Made by a program: the position numbers and the translations under genes | Notes under the pieces: model-generated | What the model saw: only the letters and a program-made list of their open reading frames with translations | Databases searched by the model: none | Told to the model about the DNA's origin: nothing | IMG/VR virus record: IMGVR_UViG_3300045988_144013 | Source of the DNA: a virus | DNA length: 45,695 nt | Strand: one strand, 5' to 3' | Part shown: positions 35,532-42,847 of the stretch, in pieces | How positions within the stretch are numbered: the stretch's first letter is position 1 | Layout: every line of letters starts with the position of its first letter

Positions 35532-36263
35532 ATGAAAAACGAACTGAAGATTTTTGAAAACGAAGCTTTTGGTAAAGTTAGAATAATTGAAAAAAATAAT
35601 GAGCCGTGGTTTGTAGGCAAAGATGTTGCTGATATTTTGGGGTATAAAAATGGCAGCCGTGATATTAACGTCCATGTTGATGAAGAAGATAGGCTAAAGT
35701 ACCAAATCCGTACCGCAGGTCAAGCGAGAGAGCAGACACTTATTAACGAAAGCGGATTATACTCATTGATTCTATATAGTAAGCTACCTGCCGCAAAGAA
35801 ATTCAAACGCTGGGTAACAAGCGAAATACTTCCTGCGATTCGCAAAACTGGGTCGTATTCTGTAAATCAGGATATAAAAGCTAGAGAAGTAGAAGCTCGC
35901 TTAAATAACAGCCGGGCAAGAGTTGCATCGACATTCCTTAAAGTTGCTCAAATGACTGATCTGCTAGAATATAAGCATATATGTCAGCAGAAAGCAGCAG
36001 AGGTTTTAAGTGGTTTACCGTTACTACCAATGGAAGAAGCTAAAGAAATTACTTATTCAGCAACAGATATAGGGAAAATGCTTGGAGTATCGGCAAATAA
36101 AATAGGTAAGATAGCCAATCAGCATAATCTTAAAACGCCGCAGTATGGAAAGTTATTTTACAGCAAATCGGAACATAGTTGCAAAGAAGTAGAAACATTC
36201 CGTTACTACGAATGCGCCATTCTAAAATTCAGAGAAATTCTGAAAGGTGGTGTGGTGGCATGA
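35532..36263 (+). CDS. BRO-N domain antirepressor
   Basis: LKIFENEAFGKVRII...EPWFVGKDVADILGY...INESGLYSLILYSKLPAAKKFKRWVTSEILPAIRKTGSY. Start reset to MKNELK. Confidence 0.85.
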   Translation: MKNELKIFENEAFGKVRIIEKNNEPWFVGKDVADILGYKNGSRDINVHVDEEDRLKYQIRTAGQAREQTLINESGLYSLILYSKLPAAKKFKRWVTSEILPAIRKTGSYSVNQDIKAREVEARLNNSRARVASTFLKVAQMTDLLEYKHICQQKAAEVLSGLPLLPMEEAKEITYSATDIGKMLGVSANKIGKIANQHNLKTPQYGKLFYSKSEHSCKEVETFRYYECAILKFREILKGGVVA

Positions 36264-36472
36264 ACTTGACAGATGCTATTAAATTAGCTGGATATCAGGA
36301 AGTGCCATTCTACAATCAAGAAGTTATAAAAGGGTTAAATGATATAGTGGAGTGTGAAAAACGGAAAAGCAGCTATAACGATTTACCTTTTGCGGCGTGT
36401 TTGAGTGGTTACTTGTATGGAGTTACGCAAGGCGTTCGTAAAGAACGGCAAAGAAGAAAAAATGCCCGGTAA
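36260..36472 (+). CDS. Hypothetical protein (70 aa)
   Basis: ATGA overlap with the antirepressor stop. Start reset to MNLTDAIK. Confidence 0.5.
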   Translation: MNLTDAIKLAGYQEVPFYNQEVIKGLNDIVECEKRKSSYNDLPFAACLSGYLYGVTQGVRKERQRRKNAR

Positions 36473-36499
36473 AGGGATTGAAATAGTTTTTGAATAATG

Positions 36500-36566
36500 A
36501 AAAAAAGAAACACCCGCTTTCCGTGGAAAGATGCGCGAGTGTTTCTTGTGACCAGCCGAAGCTGAT
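36500..36566 (-). ncRNA. Candidate antisense small RNA, about 67 nt
   Basis: Minus-strand promoter TTGATA-N17-TATACT (complement of 36573-36601). Hairpin AGAAACAC / GTGTTTCT (36506-36546), followed on the minus strand by T6-7. Confidence 0.35.
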
Positions 36567-36613
36567 AACAATAGTATAGCAGTTTTCGGCTGGTATATCA
36601 AGGAGGATATACC

Positions 36614-36823
36614 ATGAACGGAAACAGGTCGTCGTGTCCTGACGAAGAAAAAAGGGCATTGGAGAAATTTGTCGAAGTTGTAAGAAGCACATCTCAAGAA
36701 GAATTTGCAAGAAAATATATAAATGAAGATAGTGATAAAATGACAGAGACAAAAAGCGAGATCTCCACCGCTGATAGAAAAGAAGTAAAAGAACAAATCA
36801 AAGGCGGTGTAAATAATGAATAA
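36614..36823 (+). CDS. Hypothetical protein
   Basis: 69-aa ORF. The RBS AAGGAG sits in the loop of an 8-bp hairpin. Confidence 0.45.
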   Translation: MNGNRSSCPDEEKRALEKFVEVVRSTSQEEFARKYINEDSDKMTETKSEISTADRKEVKEQIKGGVNNE

Positions 36824-37016
36824 AGTGCGGAAATCATTTAGGGAGCTGTTGAACAAATTGTCTCCGGCGCAGCTTGAAGAAGTAGCAGCCATAGCATATG
36901 AGATAAAGAAAGAACGTGAATCGTCGTCGAAGGTAGTTCGGTTTATGGATAAGTCCAGCCAGCGTTGTTATGATCAGGGGTATAAGCTTGGTCTGATGTT
37001 AGGAAATAAATTTTAA
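36816..37016 (+). CDS. Hypothetical protein
   Basis: 66-aa ORF overlapping the upstream stop. Confidence 0.45.
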   Translation: MNKVRKSFRELLNKLSPAQLEEVAAIAYEIKKERESSSKVVRFMDKSSQRCYDQGYKLGLMLGNKF

Positions 37017-37020
37017 AAAG

Positions 37021-37059
37021 TTTCCGACAAAATGCCATTTAACAAGAGTTAAAATAGTA
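37021..37059 (+). promoter_or_regulatory. Late-promoter motif, copy B
   Basis: TTTCCGACA-N16-GAGTTAAAATAGTA, both boxes identical to copy A. Confidence 0.6.
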
Positions 37060-37111
37060 ATGTAAGGTTATTGGATATGAGAGCAGAGGCGGTGTTAAAA
37101 AATTAAAAATG

Positions 37112-37150
37112 TATCCGACAAAACCACTATAAAAATGAGTTAAAATAGTA
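37112..37150 (+). promoter_or_regulatory. Late-promoter motif, copy C
   Basis: TATCCGACA-N16-GAGTTAAAATAGTA, 91 bp downstream of copy B. Confidence 0.6.
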
Positions 37151-37178
37151 TCATAAAGTTAGTTAGAACTTAATAGAA

Positions 37179-37210
37179 AGCGCTTACTTCGGTAGGCGCT
37201 TTTTTATTTG
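37179..37210 (+). terminator. Terminator with UUCG tetraloop, family member 3
   Basis: AGCGCTTAC-TTCG-GTAGGCGCT followed by TTTTTATTTG, which runs straight into the tail-fibre RBS GGAAGGAGGG. Confidence 0.7.
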
Positions 37211-37225
37211 GAAGGAGGGAAAACT

Positions 37226-38374
37226 TTGATAGGCAGTAGTGAAAATAGGATTACATACAATGGGAATGGAGTTGCTACAGAGTTTGGATATTCTTTTAAG
37301 ATATTGGAAAAGACCGATATTAATGTAGTACTTGTTGATCCTGATTTAAAAGAAACTGTTTTAACCAAAGATTATTTCGTTGATATGGAGAAGTCAGTAG
37401 TGTTTTATCCTGGCTATTCTCCGGGAGCAGAACCACCAGAGGCAGAACGACCACCAATATTACCTGAAGGGTGGCAGCTTGTTTTATATCGTGAGGTTCC
37501 TATAACACAGGAATCTCAGTTGGATACTCATTGGCCATTTAATGTTATCGAAGCGGCATTGGATAAACTAACGATAATTTGCCAACAGCTGTGGGACGGT
37601 GTAACGAGAGCAATTCGTTTATCAGATTCAGCGCCTAAAGATATTTCTACAGTTCTGCCACAACCAATGCCAAACGAGAGTTTTTATTGGGATGAAACCG
37701 GTAAAAAACTTATTGCTGGGCCTAATCCTAAATTTGCTATGGAGCAGGCACAGGCGAGTGCAGAATCTGCAAAGAAGTCTGAAACGTCAGCAGCAGAAAG
37801 TGCAGAATCTGCAAAAAAAGATGCAGAGAAAGCAGAAGATGCTGCTGACCGTGCAGAAGATATTTTACTACGGTTCGAGAGCGGAACTATAACAAAAGAG
37901 TTTACTGCGACAGATGACAGATGGACTGAAAACAACGGCATGTGGCGTCTTACAATGGCAATGGGTAACAGCAGGCTTATAGGCGTATACAAGGAAGTCA
38001 AGAAGCCTCAGTATGAAATGGTACTGACCGGCGTTTATATGGACGCTGAAAATGTGATTATCGAAGTGCCTGAAAAGTTTGCGGGTATCGTTATACTGGC
38101 GTCGCTGACTAAAAAAACCGGTGACAAAGTATATATCAAAAATTTTACTGAGGAAGATTTTACAAAGGTTGGCAGCGATTCTGTACTGACCATATCTGCC
38201 GAGGAACACCAGGCAGGGAGCAGTCCTATCATCGTCAGCTTAACAAAAATCATTGATGGTGTTAGCTATCCTTATTATGCTAATACCGGCGTAGATAATA
38301 ACGGTAACGTTGTTATAAATGCGAGCGAAGCGTTCGCAGGGAAAATAATTTTGGATGGAGGTTATTTACAATGA
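37226..38374 (+). CDS. Tail fibre protein, proximal
   Basis: N-terminus NRITYNGNGVATEFGYSFKI...INVVLVD is typical of tail-fibre anchors. AESAKKSETSAAESAESAKK repeat. TTG start 6 nt after the strong RBS. Confidence 0.7.
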   Translation: MIGSSENRITYNGNGVATEFGYSFKILEKTDINVVLVDPDLKETVLTKDYFVDMEKSVVFYPGYSPGAEPPEAERPPILPEGWQLVLYREVPITQESQLDTHWPFNVIEAALDKLTIICQQLWDGVTRAIRLSDSAPKDISTVLPQPMPNESFYWDETGKKLIAGPNPKFAMEQAQASAESAKKSETSAAESAESAKKDAEKAEDAADRAEDILLRFESGTITKEFTATDDRWTENNGMWRLTMAMGNSRLIGVYKEVKKPQYEMVLTGVYMDAENVIIEVPEKFAGIVILASLTKKTGDKVYIKNFTEEDFTKVGSDSVLTISAEEHQAGSSPIIVSLTKIIDGVSYPYYANTGVDNNGNVVINASEAFAGKIILDGGYLQ

Positions 38375-39342
38375 ATGTAGAAAAAATTGGAACTGGAACG
38401 CAGCGTGAAAGAGATGCTGCGATAAACGCTAATTTTGAAGCGTTAGATACTGGCAAGCTTGATAAAACATCGGCAGATTCTGACTATGCTAAGAAGTCTA
38501 CAACTTTAAGTGGTTATGGTATTACTGATGCATATACAAAGACTGAAACTGATAATAAAATTTCTGCTGTTGTATCTTCATTACAATGGAAGCCTTCTGT
38601 TGAAACATATGCAGATATTGCAACAACTTATCCTAATCCGGCAGACGGCTGGACTGTAAACGTAAATGATACGGATATAACATATCGTTATACTGGTTCA
38701 AGTTGGATTGCTATTTCTGCAAACTCCATTCCTATTGCTACTTCTGACACAGACGGCAAAATGTCCGCTGCAATGGCAGCTAAACTGAATGGTATTTCTG
38801 AGGGGGCTAATAATTACACGCTTCCTGCTGCTACGGCAAGCGTATTAGGCGGTGTAAAAATCGGTTCTAACATTAATATCAATAGTGATGTTATTTCAGT
38901 AAATAATGCGTCTACGACCCAAAAAGGTGTCGTGCAATTAATAGATAGCTTAGTTACAGAAGATTACACCAAAGCTCCAACTGCCGCAGCTATGAAAAGA
39001 ACATGGGAGTTAGCTTCCGGTAAACAAAACCCTGAGACGACATTATCCGGCTATGGAATTACTGATGCTTATACGAAAACCGAAGTTGATAATAAAATAA
39101 CAGAAGCTGTTGCCGGTGCTGCAGTACTCAAAACTGAATTTACAGCAAGCAGTGCTAACTGGGGAACATTATCAGACGGCTATTATCCATTTACTTTAGC
39201 GGCGTCAGGAAAACACTTCCTCGGCATGTATAGAACTAACGGCAGTACATATGAGAGTGTTATGGTTGACGCCGTTGAAAGTGGCAGTAATATTATAATT
39301 CAAAGTACGGAAAAGTTTGCCGGCTTTATTCTGACGATTTGA
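38371..39342 (+). CDS. Tail fibre protein with two LSGYGITDAYTKTE fibre-repeat motifs
   Basis: The motif occurs at about 38503-38562 and again at about 39040-39099. ATGA overlap with the upstream gene. Confidence 0.75.
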   Translation: MNVEKIGTGTQRERDAAINANFEALDTGKLDKTSADSDYAKKSTTLSGYGITDAYTKTETDNKISAVVSSLQWKPSVETYADIATTYPNPADGWTVNVNDTDITYRYTGSSWIAISANSIPIATSDTDGKMSAAMAAKLNGISEGANNYTLPAATASVLGGVKIGSNININSDVISVNNASTTQKGVVQLIDSLVTEDYTKAPTAAAMKRTWELASGKQNPETTLSGYGITDAYTKTEVDNKITEAVAGAAVLKTEFTASSANWGTLSDGYYPFTLAASGKHFLGMYRTNGSTYESVMVDAVESGSNIIIQSTEKFAGFILTI

Positions 39343-39353
39343 GGTGAGGAAAA

Positions 39354-39953
39354 ATGGGACTTGAGGGATTAGTAACAGTTGAAAAAATAAGAGCTGCAAT
39401 CAATGCATCACTATCAGGTCTGAGTAACTCTAATGCAACGATTACTATAACAAAGAATGATGGTACAACTAGTACTATTACCATTAACAATGTAGCTAAT
39501 GCGACTACTGCAACAAAACTCGGAAGCAGCACTGTAGGCAGTGGCGTAAAGGCAATTTATCTTAATGCAGGTACGGCAACTGCGAGTAATAGTACTGTGG
39601 GGAACAGCAACACGCCGGTGTACTTAAACGCTGGCACTATAACAGCTTGTGATGCAAGTATTGGTTCCGGTTGGACTGTTTCAGAAGGGGCGGCAGGTTG
39701 GGCGCGAGAAAATACCACTGGCTTCACCATCCAGTGGTGGGTAGGGAATACTGATGCTACATATAGAAGCATTACTTATCCTAGAAGTTTTTCAACTTTG
39801 TATTATGCAAATGTTATAGCGTCCAGCAACTGCGAAACATTTGTTACAGGTGTTAGTAATACCAGTATTAGTTTTTGCCTATGTAGTGGTTACAATGATG
39901 ATCGCTGGAGCGGTTCACAGCCTTGTAGGCTTTATGCTTGTGGCTTGACTTAA
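39354..39953 (+). CDS. Tail fibre tip / receptor-binding protein (expressed orientation, tip V1)
   Basis: Ser/Thr/Asn-rich shaft, then a C-terminal tip domain after TGFTIQW. The left inverted repeat lies inside the gene. Confidence 0.75.
   Translation: MGLEGLVTVEKIRAAINASLSGLSNSNATITITKNDGTTSTITINNVANATTATKLGSSTVGSGVKAIYLNAGTATASNSTVGNSNTPVYLNAGTITACDASIGSGWTVSEGAAGWARENTTGFTIQWWVGNTDATYRSITYPRSFSTLYYANVIASSNCETFVTGVSNTSISFCLCSGYNDDRWSGSQPCRLYACGLT
39707..39737 (+). repeat. Left 31-bp inverted repeat (IR-L) of the putative invertible segment
   Basis: AGAAAATACCACTGGCTTCACCATCCAGTGG is the exact reverse complement of 40133-40163. Confidence 0.95.
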
Positions 39954-40162
39954 CTTATGCCAAACGCTACATACCTTTGTCCTTGTCCTGGTGACCCAAT
40001 GGTGAAACCATTGTTAGAGATAGATGTTACAGTTACTTGGTTCTTATATAATTGTTCACCTTTATTGTTATTAGTTTGCATTACAACCTGAAACGCTGTT
40101 GTAAAAGTGCGAGGAAAGGTAGTTGTATCGCCCCACTGGATGGTGAAGCCAGTGGTATTTTC
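39950..40162 (-). other. Silent alternative tail-fibre tip cassette (V2), 70 codons plus stop, no start codon of its own
   Basis: The minus strand reads ENTTGFTIQWGDTTTFPRTFTTAFQVVMQTNNNKGEQLYKNQVTVTSISNNGFTIGSPGQGQRYVAFGIS*. A stop lies 13 codons upstream with no ATG/GTG/TTG between. Its stop overlaps the V1 stop. Confidence 0.8.
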
Positions 40163-40163
40163 T
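40133..40163 (-). repeat. Right 31-bp inverted repeat (IR-R)
   Basis: Exact reverse complement of 39707-39737. Confidence 0.95.
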
Positions 40164-40180
40164 ATGAAAAGGAGAACTAT

Positions 40181-40780
40181 ATGACTTACTTAATTAAATT
40201 CGATGAAACCGGTAGACGTGGGGAAACCTATGTCGCCGAAGAAAAAACACAGGAAGAAATTACAGAACTGCTTGAAAAAGGTTTTGTACAAATTCCAGAA
40301 GAAGATTATCAGCTTATTGTCGGTAATATTGATGGTCATGAGTATATACGTAAATCTGATGGAAGTTATAGTATATATGAACCTCCTACGCCTGACTTAG
40401 AAGAACTGAAGGCAAATAAACTGGCAGAGGTAGACGCTTGGACAGAAGGAAAAATCACCGGCGGGTTTACATCTGAATGTAGCGGAGAGCTGGTCAGATA
40501 TGACAGCGATAAAGATACACAACTTACAATGCAGGGTATAGCCTTGAACGTAAATACAGATCGCTTTGCTGTAGAATATCCTACAGGCTGCCCTGTGCGT
40601 GGTTACGCAGATAGAAGTGCTGTCAAAACGATCTTCTATCTTACGCCGGAACAGGTGTTCGAGTGGTGCGCTGATTTATCTACCCATATAGGTACGTGTA
40701 AGCAGGCAGGTTGGAATAAACAGGCTGAAGTAAATGCAGCTCAAAGCAAAGAGGAATTGGATGCGATTATTTTAGATTAG
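40181..40780 (+). CDS. DUF4376 domain protein (tail-fibre-associated)
   Basis: Start reset to MTYLIKFDETG, with RBS AAAGGAG. ELKANKLAEVDAWTEGKITGGF...YDSDKDTQLTMQG is the DUF4376 pattern. Confidence 0.6.
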   Translation: MTYLIKFDETGRRGETYVAEEKTQEEITELLEKGFVQIPEEDYQLIVGNIDGHEYIRKSDGSYSIYEPPTPDLEELKANKLAEVDAWTEGKITGGFTSECSGELVRYDSDKDTQLTMQGIALNVNTDRFAVEYPTGCPVRGYADRSAVKTIFYLTPEQVFEWCADLSTHIGTCKQAGWNKQAEVNAAQSKEELDAIILD

Positions 40781-40791
40781 GCGGTGCAAAG

Positions 40792-41091
40792 ATGGTAGAA
40801 ACAGTAATGGCCGCAATAACAATTTTTAGTTTTTTATTTGGTATCGCTGGCTTTGTGTTTAAGATATGGATAATTTCTCCGTTGTCAACGGCAATAGAAA
40901 ATTTGCAGAAAACTGTTGATGCTTTGTTAAATACAATAAAAGAAGAACAGACCAAAGCTACAAATATGCAGATTGAGATTGCAAAAGTAGATCAGAGGGC
41001 AAGATCTGCACATAACAGGATTGATGAAGTTGGTGAACGGTTACTGTTGGTCGAAAACAAATGTAATAACTGTGCATGTAAGGATAAGTGA
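40792..41091 (+). CDS. Membrane-anchored coiled-coil protein (holin/lysis-associated candidate)
   Basis: N-terminal TM segment AAITIFSFLFGIAGFVFKIWII followed by a coiled coil. Confidence 0.4.
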   Translation: MVETVMAAITIFSFLFGIAGFVFKIWIISPLSTAIENLQKTVDALLNTIKEEQTKATNMQIEIAKVDQRARSAHNRIDEVGERLLLVENKCNNCACKDK

Positions 41092-41429
41092 TATTCATGT
41101 TTGAGAAAATAAAAAACTTAATAGTCAGTGCTAGAAATAAAGTAGCCTCAATGTCGCCAAAAATAATGGCGGTCATTGTAGGCTATTTTATTGCAGTCAT
41201 TTTGCTGGTCTTTACTTATTATGCAGCTTGGCTTTACATGTGGCTGTGGTTAAACAAGATTGTTATGTCCGACTTGCTGGCGCTGATACGTGAGATTACA
41301 GGCCCCGCTATGGTCGCATTTGTGACCTTTATCGTTACGAGTTTGGTCGATAAAGACGGTGATGGAGTGCCTGACAATTTAGAAAAGGAGATTGAGAGCA
41401 ATGGTGACAAAAAGAATCACTTTAGATGA
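41088..41429 (+). CDS. Holin candidate
   Basis: 113 aa with 2-3 TM segments and a charged C-terminus, immediately upstream of and overlapping the endolysin gene. Confidence 0.6.
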   Translation: MIFMFEKIKNLIVSARNKVASMSPKIMAVIVGYFIAVILLVFTYYAAWLYMWLWLNKIVMSDLLALIREITGPAMVAFVTFIVTSLVDKDGDGVPDNLEKEIESNGDKKNHFR

Positions 41430-41940
41430 GCTGCGACAGTTAGCTAAAAGAGCTAGAGGTAATATTGATAAGATCTATCTACACTGGTCAGCTGGTAATT
41501 ATCACCAGTTTTTTAGTGACTATCACCTAAACATTGACAGCGACGGCGCCATTATGGCGACCACAGATGATTTGACAGAATATAAAGCTCATACATGGCG
41601 GCGCAATTCTAGAGCTATTGGGATTGCTTTAGCTTGCTGTGTAGATGCTGTAGCTTATGCTGATGGTCGTGTCGATTTTGGAAATGTACCACCGACAGAG
41701 TTGCAGATAGATAGTATGGCGAAAGTTGTAGCTGTATTGTGTGAGGAGCTTGGATTGGACATTAATGCCGATACCGTAATGACGCATGCAGAAGCAGCAG
41801 ACTTAGACGACTATGGACCAGCGACAACCTTTGAGCGTTGGGATTTATGGAAATTACCAGATATACCAGGCGACGGCGTGCTAAAGCTAGGCGGTGATGT
41901 TATTCGTGGCAAGGCTATCTGGTGGCAGCAAAACTGGTAA
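41401..41940 (+). CDS. Endolysin, N-acetylmuramoyl-L-alanine amidase (Amidase_2/PGRP type)
   Basis: IYLHWSAG...AHTWRRNSRAIGIAL...VMTHAEAA. Start reset to the ATG 10 nt after AAGGAG. Confidence 0.8.
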   Translation: MVTKRITLDELRQLAKRARGNIDKIYLHWSAGNYHQFFSDYHLNIDSDGAIMATTDDLTEYKAHTWRRNSRAIGIALACCVDAVAYADGRVDFGNVPPTELQIDSMAKVVAVLCEELGLDINADTVMTHAEAADLDDYGPATTFERWDLWKLPDIPGDGVLKLGGDVIRGKAIWWQQNW

Positions 41941-42111
41941 AAGTAGTTGTTGTAGAAAATGCAATACCTTTAATTTGAAGGTAGTTTTAAAGGTATATAG
42001 GCAATATGTTTACTGAATAAAGGTGTTAAATAGAAATGCGCTATTTTGAGTATTTTATTCGATAAAATATTCGCGAAAAACGTACAAAAATATTCGATTG
42101 AAAGGAGGCGA

Positions 42112-42243
42112 ATGGTAATGAGAAAAGTAATGACTTTTTTGAAAGAGGCGGCAATTGTAGTAAAAGAGCAGCCGGGGGTATGCTTTGCGATCCTGGTGCT
42201 GGGCTTTGCTTTGGGAGCTATGCATAGCTGGTTCGGTCTGTGA
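42112..42243 (+). CDS. Small membrane protein (43 aa)
   Basis: RBS AAAGGAGG. TM segment VCFAILVLGFALGAMHSWF. Confidence 0.4.
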   Translation: MVMRKVMTFLKEAAIVVKEQPGVCFAILVLGFALGAMHSWFGL

Positions 42244-42390
42244 TCTCGAAATAACTTTGCTCATATTCAGCTTGTGCGCCGAGAAAGAACTGTTGCAAAA
42301 GAAAATAGTAAGGCAACGGTCTAAAACGGCGCACGTGGCTAATATGACTGTAAAAACAGGAAAATAATATACATGGAGTGAAAATCGTGT

Positions 42391-42843
42391 ATGAAAAAAT
42401 ATATAATCATCGGTATTGGATTATTGTGGTCATTATTATTGCTTGTATCGCTGCCTGCTGTATGTTCTGCGGAGGAACTTCCGGAGACAATAACGATGTC
42501 TCGGGAACAGTTCAACGAATTACAGACGATAATAAACAGACAGGAGAATCTATTGACCGAGCTGTCGAACATGTCGGCAGTGCAGGAGATGAACTCGAGC
42601 GAGCTGAAGAAGCTAATCGAAGAGCAGCGTTTATCCTATCAGAAAATCAAAAGCGAGCTAACGAGTGCGCAGGAATCATTATTGAACTCCAAAAAAACAA
42701 TAGCAGAGCAAAACAAATCCTTGCAGACGTTGAGCGAGCAAATAAAGAAAGAACAATCCAAAAGTGAGCTTAAGCAAAAACAAAAGGCTTTATGGGGATT
42801 TATCGGAGGGGCATTAGTTGGAGCGATAGCAGCGAGCAGGTGA
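42391..42843 (+). CDS. Unimolecular-spanin candidate (N-terminal signal/lipobox-like Cys, coiled coil, C-terminal TM)
   Basis: MKKYIIIGIGLLWSLLLLVSLPAVCSA... long coiled coil ...ALWGFIGGALVGAIAASR. Confidence 0.45.
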   Translation: MKKYIIIGIGLLWSLLLLVSLPAVCSAEELPETITMSREQFNELQTIINRQENLLTELSNMSAVQEMNSSELKKLIEEQRLSYQKIKSELTSAQESLLNSKKTIAEQNKSLQTLSEQIKKEQSKSELKQKQKALWGFIGGALVGAIAASR

Positions 42844-42847
42844 TTAT

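Noticed and set aside
36383-36892. 169-aa and 109-aa minus-strand ORFs across the immI-like spacer
   Set aside because: No RBS. They run antisense across three plus-strand ORFs and through hairpin-rich non-coding DNA.
39354-40163. Diversity-generating retroelement acting on the tail fibre
   Set aside because: There is no reverse transcriptase gene in the window. The repeat is inverted and identical, not a direct template/variable pair with adenine-specific differences.
42378-42767. 129-aa ORF overlapping the spanin candidate in another frame
   Set aside because: The 42391 frame has the signal peptide, coiled coil and C-terminal TM architecture. The alternative frame has no features.
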